A DNA stretch of 64,000 nucleotides from an uncultured Bacillales bacterium (lineage in GTDB: Bacteria; Bacillota_I; Bacilli_A; RFN20; CAG-826): assembly GCA_946414915.1 (NCBI GenBank), contig CAMKQK010000001.1, forward strand, positions 20,335-84,334, in the 5' to 3' direction. Below are positions 39,215 through 47,801 of this stretch, piece after piece (position 1 is the first letter of the stretch; the number at the start of each line of letters is the position of its first letter). The translations under genes and the position numbers were made by a program. The notes under the pieces are model-generated. The model made no database searches, was not told where the DNA came from, and saw nothing but the letters and a program-made list of their open reading frames with translations.

Positions 39215-40636
39215 CTATTTAGCACCCTTCTTTTCGAGGATGTTTCTAGCGACATAAACGCCACACGCTCCCGCTTGGGCTAAGCCACGGGTGAGACCCG
39301 CACCATCACCACCAACGTAGAGGTTTTTAATATCTTTAACTTCAAGTTTGTTATCAATTTGTGGGTGAGCGCTATAGTATTTAGCTTCAACGCCATAGAG
39401 TAATGTATGTTCAGTAGCGATACCTGGAGTGATATGGTCTAAGACTTGAATCATTTCGATAATCGCTTGCATAGTTTTTTGTGGTAAGCATAAGGCTAAG
39501 TCACCTGGAACCGCTTCTTTTAAGGTTGGTCTAACAAAGCCTTCACGGATACGTTTAACAGTGCTACGTCTACCTTGTTTGATATCACCAAAGCGTTGGA
39601 CTAAAACAGAACCACACGCTAATTGGTTAGCTAATGAGGAAACTTTTAAAGCATATTCGTTTGGCTTTTTGAATGGCTCTTCAAAGTGATGAGTCACTAA
39701 TAAAGCAAAGTTAGTGTTTTCACTGGATAAAGATGGATCATTATAAGAGTGACCATTAACATTAACGACACCTTGGTAGTTTTCCATAACGACGTGACCA
39801 CCTGGGTTAGAGCAGAATGTTCTAACTGTGCTACCAGTGCTCGCTTTGAAAAGGAACTTACCTTCGTATAAGTTTTTATTAATTTCTTCCATGACCATAT
39901 TTGGACATTCAACACGAACACCAATATCCACTTGGTTTTGGGTCATTTCGATATTGAACTTTTCAAATAAGTCAGTGAGCCAAGCACTACCTTCACGACC
40001 GACCGCTAATAAGACATAGTCAGCGTCAATTCTTTCGCCATTTGCTAAGATCACACCTTTAACTTGTCCTTCTTCCACGACGATGTCTTTGACTTCGGTG
40101 GAGAATCTAGCGTCAATCTTCTCTTGTAAATCGATATATATTCTTGTGAGAATCTTTAAGTTTTCTTCAGTACCTAAGTGTCTAACTTTGCTATGTAAAA
40201 GCTTTAAGCCCACAGACATAGCTTTCTTTTCAATTTCTCTAACTTCCTTGGTATATGGGTCAGTAATGACTGGAGTAGCGCCATATTTAAGGTTGATTTC
40301 ATCGACATAGTGAATGAGATCCATTAAGGCATCTTGGTCGATATAATCTTGTAACCAACCACCGAATTCAGAGGTGATATTAAATTTGCCATCAGAATAA
40401 GCACCAGCGCCACCAAAACCATTAGTGATGGAGCAAGCTGGGAAGCATTCTTGATAGCCTTTGATATTTCTTGGGCACTTTGTTAATTTGTGTTCTAAGA
40501 CTGGGCAGTGTCTCTTTTCAATTGAGAGACCCTTATCTATAAGGAGGACCTTTAATTTAGGGTTTTTGTTGACTAATTCGTAGGCACAAAAATATCCACT
40601 TGGGCCTGCACCAACAATCACGACATCGTATTTCAT
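39215..40636 (-). CDS. FAD-dependent protein (COG2509-type uncharacterized dehydrogenase)
   Basis: Rossmann dinucleotide motif MKYDVVIVGAGPSGYFCAYEL at the N-terminus. Start set at the internal ATG preceded by AAAGGAG. 16 nt upstream of the CofE-like gene on the same strand. Confidence 0.7.
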   Translation of the reverse strand: MKYDVVIVGAGPSGYFCAYELVNKNPKLKVLLIDKGLSIEKRHCPVLEHKLTKCPRNIKGYQECFPACSITNGFGGAGAYSDGKFNITSEFGGWLQDYIDQDALMDLIHYVDEINLKYGATPVITDPYTKEVREIEKKAMSVGLKLLHSKVRHLGTEENLKILTRIYIDLQEKIDARFSTEVKDIVVEEGQVKGVILANGERIDADYVLLAVGREGSAWLTDLFEKFNIEMTQNQVDIGVRVECPNMVMEEINKNLYEGKFLFKASTGSTVRTFCSNPGGHVVMENYQGVVNVNGHSYNDPSLSSENTNFALLVTHHFEEPFKKPNEYALKVSSLANQLACGSVLVQRFGDIKQGRRSTVKRIREGFVRPTLKEAVPGDLALCLPQKTMQAIIEMIQVLDHITPGIATEHTLLYGVEAKYYSAHPQIDNKLEVKDIKNLYVGGDGAGLTRGLAQAGACGVYVARNILEKKGAK

Positions 40637-40841
40637 ACCGGTATCTCCTTTAAGTCTTTTCCACAAAGAAAAAACACTATTTAAGTATAGATTATGCACG
40701 CGTGATTGTTAATATATTTTTGACAATTTTAAACGAAAGAAAATCGACCTATCTAGGATGTAGTTTAAAGAGATATAAGAGTTTATTAGTGGTCATTTAA
40801 AATGATGACTTCACTGCTATTCTTGATGCTTTCAATATTTT

Positions 40842-41927
40842 TTATGCTTGTCCAAGCATCATTTCTCTAATTGTGTCGATTTCTTGTTGCTGAACACCTT
40901 TGTTGAGTAAGAAGTTGGTGGCTTTTTCTTGTAAGGTGTCGCCTTCGGTTTCTTTGATTGCTTTAACATAACCATCAGCGATATAGCCTTTATCACGTGA
41001 ACCACCGATATTACCAAAGTTGGAGAATAAATAATCTCTCCATAAATCTTCTTCATTAACACCAACCACGCTATTGATTAACCAAGCGACATAACCAGTA
41101 CGGTCTGTACCAATTGAGCAATGGAAGAAAGCGGGATAGTTTTCTTTATTACCTAAAATAGAAAATACTTTTCTTAAAGATGGATCGTTTTCACTAGAGT
41201 CCACCCCTATGCTATAGTCCATTGGACATTGATAGTATTTCACGTTATTACCGATAACGCTTAAGCCTTCAGTTAAACCACCGACTTCATTGTTTTCCAC
41301 CAATCTTAAATCGATTTCAGTTTTAACTTTAAGTTCTTTATGCATCGCTTCAATGCCTTTAGAAGTGATTCTCACATCCACTTCTTCAACGTCATTTTTA
41401 TTTAATCTACCTGTACGGAACAAGACACCTTGCTTACTAACCCCGTCTTTAGTGGTATATCCTCCGATATCTCTCGCGTTTGTCACACCAGAAATATAAA
41501 GATTTCTCACTAGCTGTGCGGAAGTCACGAATGAATCTTCTTTAATACTTTTGCCATTCGATCTAACGTCATAATAATACTTAGTATTAATCTTTAAATT
41601 ACTGAATGATATTTTAGCCTCATCAGTGGTATAGGTATTCATACCGACATAATTTGGATTATCCGCGAGATAAACAGTATATGGAGCTTCCGCTTCTTCC
41701 CAAGTAAATGTTGGGGTTAATGGCCTAGAAAGCTCTTCCGCTCCTCGAGCGTATAAATTAACTTTATCAAGTGGTCCAGAAAGATATACCCTTTGGACTT
41801 CTGAATGTAAAATAACTCTTCCTTCATCAGGATCAGTTTCTTTATTTTCTCCGCTACCACTATTACCTTTGTTACAGCATGATAAAAGGACAGCGAAAAC
41901 AACAAAAAATAGTGCGTGTTTTTTCAT
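40842..41927 (-). CDS. lipoprotein protein-tyrosine/Ser phosphatase (Y_phosphatase3-type, CX5R)
   Basis: Lipobox LLSCC after MKKHALFFVVFAV. Catalytic P-loop HCSIGTDRTGYVAW (CX5R). Start placed at the internal ATG with GAAAGG RBS. Confidence 0.65.
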   Translation of the reverse strand: MKKHALFFVVFAVLLSCCNKGNSGSGENKETDPDEGRVILHSEVQRVYLSGPLDKVNLYARGAEELSRPLTPTFTWEEAEAPYTVYLADNPNYVGMNTYTTDEAKISFSNLKINTKYYYDVRSNGKSIKEDSFVTSAQLVRNLYISGVTNARDIGGYTTKDGVSKQGVLFRTGRLNKNDVEEVDVRITSKGIEAMHKELKVKTEIDLRLVENNEVGGLTEGLSVIGNNVKYYQCPMDYSIGVDSSENDPSLRKVFSILGNKENYPAFFHCSIGTDRTGYVAWLINSVVGVNEEDLWRDYLFSNFGNIGGSRDKGYIADGYVKAIKETEGDTLQEKATNFLLNKGVQQQEIDTIREMMLGQA

Positions 41928-42038
41928 TGCTAGATTACCTTTCTCTTTAATCACAAAATTATCAAAAAGTATGGTGTCTTGCAACAAAAATAAAAAGACC
42001 GGACTTTTGCATCCGGTCTTTATTAGTTATTGATGAGA

Positions 42039-42968
42039 TTAGAAGTTTTCGTCAATGTACTTAGCAATGATTGGCGCTAAGGAGACAATACTGACGACGT
42101 CTTCTTCTTGTGGGATAGAATCGCTAATAGCGATATCTAAGATACCACATCTATATAGTTTCGCGAGGGCATTCTTTGAGAAGATACCATGGCAAGCACA
42201 GATTAAGATACCTTTTGCTTCATTTTTAAGAAGTTCTTTACTCGCGGCAATAATTGTGCCACCAGTATCGATGATATCATCAATCATCAAACAGTATTTG
42301 TCCTCAACTGGTTCACCTTTAATGTTAGTAATAACGGCCTTGTTTGGTTCAGGACGGTATTTATTTAACACTGCGATTGGTAAATCACCTAAATCTTTAG
42401 ATAAATGTTTTGCTCTTTCGAGGCCGCCTTTGTCTGGAGAAACGATGACGACGTCCTCAAGCTTAACTTTTAATGTTTTTAAGCGTTTACGGTAATAATC
42501 AGCAAACACTGATGAGGAATATAATTCCACCGCTTCCATGTTTTCGAAGTATGGTTGCATTGAACCACTGTGGTAATCAACAGAAACAACTCTGTTACAT
42601 CCGGCTTCTCTTAAGCAATTAGCGACTAATTTTGCACTAATTGGATCGCCGAAATCGATTGTTCTGTCTTGTCTCACATATCCAAAATATGGAATGATCG
42701 CGGTAATGGTTTTAGCTTCACCTCTCTTAAGAGCATCGATGAAGATCAATAATTCCATTAATCTGTCGTTAACTGGGTTACAGGTTGAATGAATAACAAT
42801 GCAATCCTTACCTCTTACGTCAACGTTTGGTCTGGTAAAAATTTCATTATCTGCGAATCTTCTGCAGATAGATGGTGCTTTTTCCACACCGAGTTCTTCA
42901 CACACCCTGTACGCTAGTTCTTCACAGGATGTTAAAGAGAATACTAATACTTGTTCTTTATTTGTCAT
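42039..42968 (-). CDS. prs: ribose-phosphate pyrophosphokinase
   Basis: PRPP synthetase motifs (DLHA-like region, PRPP-binding MIDDIIDTGGTI). Start at the internal ATG (MTNKEQV...) preceded by GAGGGA. Confidence 0.9.
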   Translation of the reverse strand: MTNKEQVLVFSLTSCEELAYRVCEELGVEKAPSICRRFADNEIFTRPNVDVRGKDCIVIHSTCNPVNDRLMELLIFIDALKRGEAKTITAIIPYFGYVRQDRTIDFGDPISAKLVANCLREAGCNRVVSVDYHSGSMQPYFENMEAVELYSSSVFADYYRKRLKTLKVKLEDVVIVSPDKGGLERAKHLSKDLGDLPIAVLNKYRPEPNKAVITNIKGEPVEDKYCLMIDDIIDTGGTIIAASKELLKNEAKGILICACHGIFSKNALAKLYRCGILDIAISDSIPQEEDVVSIVSLAPIIAKYIDENF

Positions 42969-43025
42969 GTCTTTCTTTCCCTCTTTCAACTGAAAGGAAT
43001 TTCTACAGATCAATAAGTTGATTAA

Positions 43026-43700
43026 TTAAATAATAGGTCTATCTTCGGTTGTACCGTTTGTTGTGCCAAATGTTCTATCACCACAGTCACCTAAGCCTGG
43101 GCAGATATAAGCATTTTCGTTTAAACAACGGTCAAGGGCACCAATGTAAACTGGAATATCTGGATATTTTTTCACAAATGCTTCCACGCCTTCTGGTGCA
43201 GCGATAATGCAGACGAAGGTAATCTTTTTAGCACCATGCTTTTTGAGCATGCCAACCGCATCAATAGCGGAGCCGCCTGTAGCGAGCATTGGGTCGACTA
43301 AATAGACATCTTTTTCTGAAATATCCGCTGGTAATTTACAGTAGTATTCAACTGGTTTCTTGGTGACTTCGTCACGATAGAGACCAATGTGACCACATGT
43401 ACATCCAGGAAGTAAATCAAGCATTCCATCAGCCATACCTAATCCAGCACGAAGAATTGGGACGAAGCAAAGAGCTTTACGTTTGACAACTGGTTGAACT
43501 GTCTTTTCAATTGGTGTTTCAATTTCCACCATTTGAGTTTCAGCGTTTCTTAATGCTTCATATCCTTCCAAAACGGATATTTCTTTAACAAGCATTTTGA
43601 ATTCACTAGTTTTAGTTGTCTTATCTCTAAGCTTTGTAATTTTGTGCTTGATCAATGGATGGTCAAGAATGTGGACTGTTGGATAATTTTCAAAAGCCAT
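43026..43700 (-). CDS. upp: uracil phosphoribosyltransferase
   Basis: 224 aa. VHILDHPLIKHKIT N-terminus and PRPP-binding YLVDPMLATGGS motif. GAGGA RBS. Confidence 0.9.
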   Translation of the reverse strand: MAFENYPTVHILDHPLIKHKITKLRDKTTKTSEFKMLVKEISVLEGYEALRNAETQMVEIETPIEKTVQPVVKRKALCFVPILRAGLGMADGMLDLLPGCTCGHIGLYRDEVTKKPVEYYCKLPADISEKDVYLVDPMLATGGSAIDAVGMLKKHGAKKITFVCIIAAPEGVEAFVKKYPDIPVYIGALDRCLNENAYICPGLGDCGDRTFGTTNGTTEDRPII

Positions 43701-43714
43701 TATCTAATCCTCAA

Positions 43715-45214
43715 CTATTTTTCTTCGGAAGCTGCTTCTTGTTCTTCGTCATTGTTGTTTCTTCTGAAGAGACGGACAAAGACGTTAACAAGGATGCCAA
43801 GGATTAAGGCACACGCAACTTCAGTAAGGGTGACTTTGCCGATTGTGAGGCTGAGACCACCGATACCTGCAATAAGTATAACACTAACCACGAAGAGATT
43901 TCTATTATCACCTAAATCAGAACCTTGAATCATCTTTAAGCCGGAGACTGCGATGAAGCCGTATAAAGCGATACAGACACCACCCATGACACAGCTTGGG
44001 ATTGTGGCTAAGAAGGTTGAGAATGGAGCGATGAATGATAAGACGATAGCCATGAACGCTGTCACAATAATTGTTCTGATGGAAGCGTTGCCGGAAATCG
44101 CAACTGTACCAACGGATTCACCGTATGTTGTATTTGGGCAGCCGCCGAAGAAGGCGCCAGCCATGGAACCAACACCATCACCGAGTAATGTTCTGTGTAA
44201 GCCTGGTTCATTTAATAAATCTCTATCAATGATGGAGCTTAAGTTCTTGTGGTCAGCAATGTGTTCAGCGAAGACGACGAATGCGACTGGGACATAAGCA
44301 ACTGCGACGGAACCAAAGTAAGCGAAGAATTCACCAGCGTTTGCGAAATCTTTGAAGCCATTGAATGCTTCGATGAAGGTGAATTTTGGTAACCATTGCA
44401 TATTTTGGAATAAGCTGAAGTTGATAACTTTTAATGCATCATTGTTGGCGGCATAACCGATACCTGTGAATAATGCGGCAACGGCATAACCAGCCAAGAT
44501 ACCAATGATGAATGGAATCATCTTCATGAATTTCTTAGCATAAACGGAAACGAGGATTGTGGTGAATAATGTCACTAAGCCACAGAGTAAGGCGATCCAC
44601 ATATTTGTGGAAACGACTGTTGTGTTGTATGTGGCATAGAAATTACCATCTAAAAGATCGATTGAACTAATGAGGCTATCACCTAAGCCAGCAACACCAT
44701 CAGCGTTTAAGACTTCTGATGCAACGGCTGGGATGTAGTGAGAACCACTTAATAAATCACCGACAGCGTTACCTGCTAATGATAAACCGATGATAGCGAC
44801 TGTTGGGCCGATAACAACGGCTGGCATTAATTTATTGATCCATCTTGTGCCAACGAATTTAACAATGAGAGCAATGATGACATAGACTAAGCCAGCTAAG
44901 ATAGCACCAAGGATAATACCTAAGTAACCACCAGCGGCACTAGCAGCACCACCGAAAGCCGCAAACATGGAACCGATGAATGCGAATGAACTGCCTAAGA
45001 AGACAGGTGATTTGAATTTTGTAAATAATAAGTAAACCAATGTACCAACACCAGCACCGAATAAAGCTGCGGATTGGCTCATGCCGTGACCAATAATTGC
45101 TGGAACTGCGATTGTAGCAGCAAGAATGGCTAATAATTGTTGTAATGCGAAGACAAAGGTTTTACCCCAACTTGGCTTATCTTCTACATTGTAGATTAAG
45201 TTTGTTTTTGCCAT
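43715..45214 (-). CDS. pyrP: uracil/xanthine permease (NCS2 family)
   Basis: Polytopic NCS2-type sequence (QQLLAILAATIAVPAIIG...). Start set at ATG 45214 (MAKTNLIY) preceded by AAGGAG; the ORF-track TTG start at 45235 lies inside the SD. Confidence 0.85.
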   Translation of the reverse strand: MAKTNLIYNVEDKPSWGKTFVFALQQLLAILAATIAVPAIIGHGMSQSAALFGAGVGTLVYLLFTKFKSPVFLGSSFAFIGSMFAAFGGAASAAGGYLGIILGAILAGLVYVIIALIVKFVGTRWINKLMPAVVIGPTVAIIGLSLAGNAVGDLLSGSHYIPAVASEVLNADGVAGLGDSLISSIDLLDGNFYATYNTTVVSTNMWIALLCGLVTLFTTILVSVYAKKFMKMIPFIIGILAGYAVAALFTGIGYAANNDALKVINFSLFQNMQWLPKFTFIEAFNGFKDFANAGEFFAYFGSVAVAYVPVAFVVFAEHIADHKNLSSIIDRDLLNEPGLHRTLLGDGVGSMAGAFFGGCPNTTYGESVGTVAISGNASIRTIIVTAFMAIVLSFIAPFSTFLATIPSCVMGGVCIALYGFIAVSGLKMIQGSDLGDNRNLFVVSVILIAGIGGLSLTIGKVTLTEVACALILGILVNVFVRLFRRNNNDEEQEAASEEK

Positions 45215-45233
45215 AACGTTTCTCCTTTCGTGC

Positions 45234-45263
45234 AAAAAAAATCACCCGACACTAAGGGGTGAC
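45234..45263 (-). terminator. leader intrinsic terminator (attenuator) immediately upstream of the pyrP-upp-prs operon
   Basis: Minus-strand UCACCCC-uuagugu-CGGGUGA followed by U8, ending about 10 nt before the pyrP SD. An upstream GGGGGU segment could form an alternative antiterminator pairing with CACCCC. Confidence 0.5.
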
Positions 45264-45550
45264 TACAAACAGACAGGAATAGCGAATGAGAGGGAATTTT
45301 GAGGGAAGAAACCCCCTAATGCAGATGGGTTCTTACACTTTCTAATTCGTCTCTTCATAGGAATCCTTTGCCTAAAACTTTATCACATGCATATGATATT
45401 GCAAACTATTTTTTCAGATTTTTTTCGCCTTCAAACATAATCATATATTTTGTCAAAAGATTGTCCTAAAAATTGCCTCAAACAGATTGAGAAAAAAGCC
45501 CTAGTGAGTTAGAATAATGTTTGTCTTTCTTAAATATTGAGGTGCTTATT

Positions 45551-46102
45551 ATGACCAAAAAAGAACAAGTGATTTTAGAATCAGAAAAACATATTAAAGA
45601 TGTTCCTGGTTTTCCTAAACCAGGCATTATTTTCAAAGATATCGTTCCTGTGTTTGAAGATCCAGAATATCTCCAAAAAGTGTTCGATGTCATGGTTGAT
45701 GAATTAAAAGAAAATAATATTCAATTCGATAAAATTGTTTGTCCAGAAGCGAGAGGCTTCCTCTTTGGTCCAACATTAGGATTATTAACTAAGAAGGGTG
45801 TGGTCATGGCGAGAAAGCCAGGCAAACTCCCAAGACCAGGTAACTGTGTTTCTTATAATTTAGAATATGGCACTGCTACTCTCGTGATCAGCGAAGATTC
45901 CATTAAGCCAGGCGACAAAGTTTTAGTGGTTGATGACTTATTAGCGACAGGCGGTTCCGCAAAGGCTTTATGCGAACTCGTTGAAAGAAGTGGCGCTTCT
46001 GTTGCCGGTGTAATGTTCTATATCGAACTCACCCCTCTCAAAGGCCGTGAAATACTCAAAAAATACCCAGTAATTTCTATCGTTCCTGTTGAAGCTTACT
46101 AA
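45551..46102 (+). CDS. apt: adenine phosphoribosyltransferase
   Basis: PRPP-binding VLVVDDLLATGGSA and a typical Apt N-terminus (ILESEKHIKDVPGFPKPGIIFKDI). Start at ATG 45551 after GAGGTG. Putative promoter TTGAGA-17-TAGAAT upstream. Confidence 0.9.
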   Translation: MTKKEQVILESEKHIKDVPGFPKPGIIFKDIVPVFEDPEYLQKVFDVMVDELKENNIQFDKIVCPEARGFLFGPTLGLLTKKGVVMARKPGKLPRPGNCVSYNLEYGTATLVISEDSIKPGDKVLVVDDLLATGGSAKALCELVERSGASVAGVMFYIELTPLKGREILKKYPVISIVPVEAY

Positions 46103-46245
46103 ACAAGGGAAAATATCCTCGCACGTAAATCTTTAATTTTAATTAATATGTGCGAGGTTTTTTTATTTTTTCTTCATTTTTTGGGTTTACAATTGTCATT
46201 TTTTGAATATACAATAATGGCGTCAAAGGAAATCCATCCCTTGAC

Positions 46246-46308
46246 TTCGTATAATTCCCTAATTGGTGGGTTGTCTCTACGCTACACCGTATAATGTAGC
46301 ACTACGAA
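46246..46308 (+). promoter_or_regulatory. purine riboswitch aptamer, guanine/hypoxanthine class (C at the specificity position)
   Basis: P1 UUCGUA/UACGAA. UAUAAU junction. P2 CCC-uaauuggu-GGG. J2/3 GUCUCUAC. P3 GCUACA-CCGUAUAA-UGUAGC. J3/1 AC (C74 equivalent). An intrinsic terminator follows in the expression platform, upstream of the BMP nucleoside-binding lipoprotein gene. Confidence 0.7.
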
Positions 46309-46363
46309 TCAAATCCGTTTGCGAAATAATCGTTCGTATGTTTCGCCGTTGATTTAAGGTAGA

Positions 46364-46398
46364 GGCTTCCAATTATAGGAAGCTCATTTTTATTTTTT
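46364..46398 (+). terminator. riboswitch expression-platform terminator
   Basis: GGCUUCC-aauuaua-GGAAGC followed by UCAUUUUUAUUUUUU. 28 nt upstream of the bmp ATG. Confidence 0.6.
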
Positions 46399-46425
46399 AA
46401 AAGTTTAAGGAGGAGAAAAACAAAA

Positions 46426-47742
46426 ATGAAAGCAAATTTTAAATTGTCATTACTCGCCCTCGTTGCTGTCGGCGCAATGTCCGCATGTGGTCAACAAGCT
46501 GCTGCCGCTGCTTACAACATCAAAACAGGCGATGCTTATGAGTTAAAGATCAACAAGAGCTTAGATTTTTCCAAAGTTAAAGTTGGTTTAATCTGCTTAC
46601 ACGACACAAACTCAACATATGACAAGAACTTTATCGATTCAATGGAAGAAGCAAGAGTCGCATTAGGATTAAGCAAAGAACAAGTCTTAGTCAGAACCGG
46701 TATTGGCGAAGACAATACTTGCTATGATGCTTGCGCTGAAATGGTCAATGCTGGCTGTAACGTTATCTTCGCTGATTCTTTCGGTCACGAAGACTACATG
46801 ATCCAAGCTGCCAGACAATTCCCAAATGTTCAATTCCACCACGCTACAGGTACAAAAGCTCACAGCGAAAAATTAGCCAACTTCCACAATGGTTTCGCTT
46901 CCATTTATGAAGGTCGTTATTTAGCTGGTGTTGTTGCTGGCCTCAAATTAAAAGATATGAAAGCCAAAGACGCTAAAGTCGCTTCCAAAGTCGGTTACAT
47001 TGGCGCATTCACATACGCTGAAGTTATCTCCGGTTATACCGCATGGTATCTCGGTGTTAAATCCATCGTTTCCGATGTCACAATGGACGTCACATTCACC
47101 GGTTCCTGGTATGATGAAACCGCTGAAAAGAACGGTGCTCTTAAATTAAAAGAAAAAGGCGCAGTCCTTATTTCTCAACACGCTGACTCTTTAGGTGCCC
47201 CAACCGCTTGTGAACAAAATGGTATTCCAAACGTTTCCTATAACGGTTCCACTGAAGAAAGCGCTCCAAAGACATACTTAGTCAACTCCAGAATTAACTG
47301 GGCTCCATACTTCGTTAAGATGGTTGAATCCGTTTCCGGTGGTGAAGCTATGGGCTTTGATACCACAGGCGACAGAAAAGATGGCTCAGTCTTAATTTCT
47401 GACTTAGGTAAGAAAGCTTCCACAGCCGAAACAGCTGACTACGTCAACAACGTTAAGAAACAACTCGCTGATGGTTCCTTAAAAGTTTTCGATACAAGCA
47501 AATTCACAGTCACCATCGTCCCACCATCAGGCCAAGAAGGTGATTTCGGTGTTAACACAGCTGCTAAAGTCGACGCCAATGGTCATTTAACTTCCTACAT
47601 GGCTGACGTTGATACAGATGCTAACTACACACCAGATACAGAAGTCGTTGCCGGCGGTGAATTCCAAGAATCCAAATTCCGTTCCGCTCCTTACTTCGAT
47701 GTCAAGATTGATGGCATCAACTTATTAGATACAAAATTCTAA
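46426..47742 (+). CDS. BMP-family (PnrA/TmpC-like) nucleoside-binding ABC transporter lipoprotein
   Basis: 438 aa. Lipobox AMSAC. Periplasmic-binding-protein type I fold sequence. Followed by ABC ATPase and two permeases. AGGAGGAG RBS. Confidence 0.85.
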   Translation: MKANFKLSLLALVAVGAMSACGQQAAAAAYNIKTGDAYELKINKSLDFSKVKVGLICLHDTNSTYDKNFIDSMEEARVALGLSKEQVLVRTGIGEDNTCYDACAEMVNAGCNVIFADSFGHEDYMIQAARQFPNVQFHHATGTKAHSEKLANFHNGFASIYEGRYLAGVVAGLKLKDMKAKDAKVASKVGYIGAFTYAEVISGYTAWYLGVKSIVSDVTMDVTFTGSWYDETAEKNGALKLKEKGAVLISQHADSLGAPTACEQNGIPNVSYNGSTEESAPKTYLVNSRINWAPYFVKMVESVSGGEAMGFDTTGDRKDGSVLISDLGKKASTAETADYVNNVKKQLADGSLKVFDTSKFTVTIVPPSGQEGDFGVNTAAKVDANGHLTSYMADVDTDANYTPDTEVVAGGEFQESKFRSAPYFDVKIDGINLLDTKF

Positions 47743-47801
47743 TTAAAACATTTACTCAGTGGGTTTGGCTGTTTAACCGACGGCCAAACCCCCTTATTTT
47801 T

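Noticed and set aside
42055-42495. 146-aa plus-strand ORF
   Set aside because: Antisense to prs.
45236-45480. PyrR binding box in the pyrP leader
   Set aside because: Searched both strands for UCCAGAGAGGCU-like consensus; none found. The attenuator is reported without assigning a PyrR mechanism.
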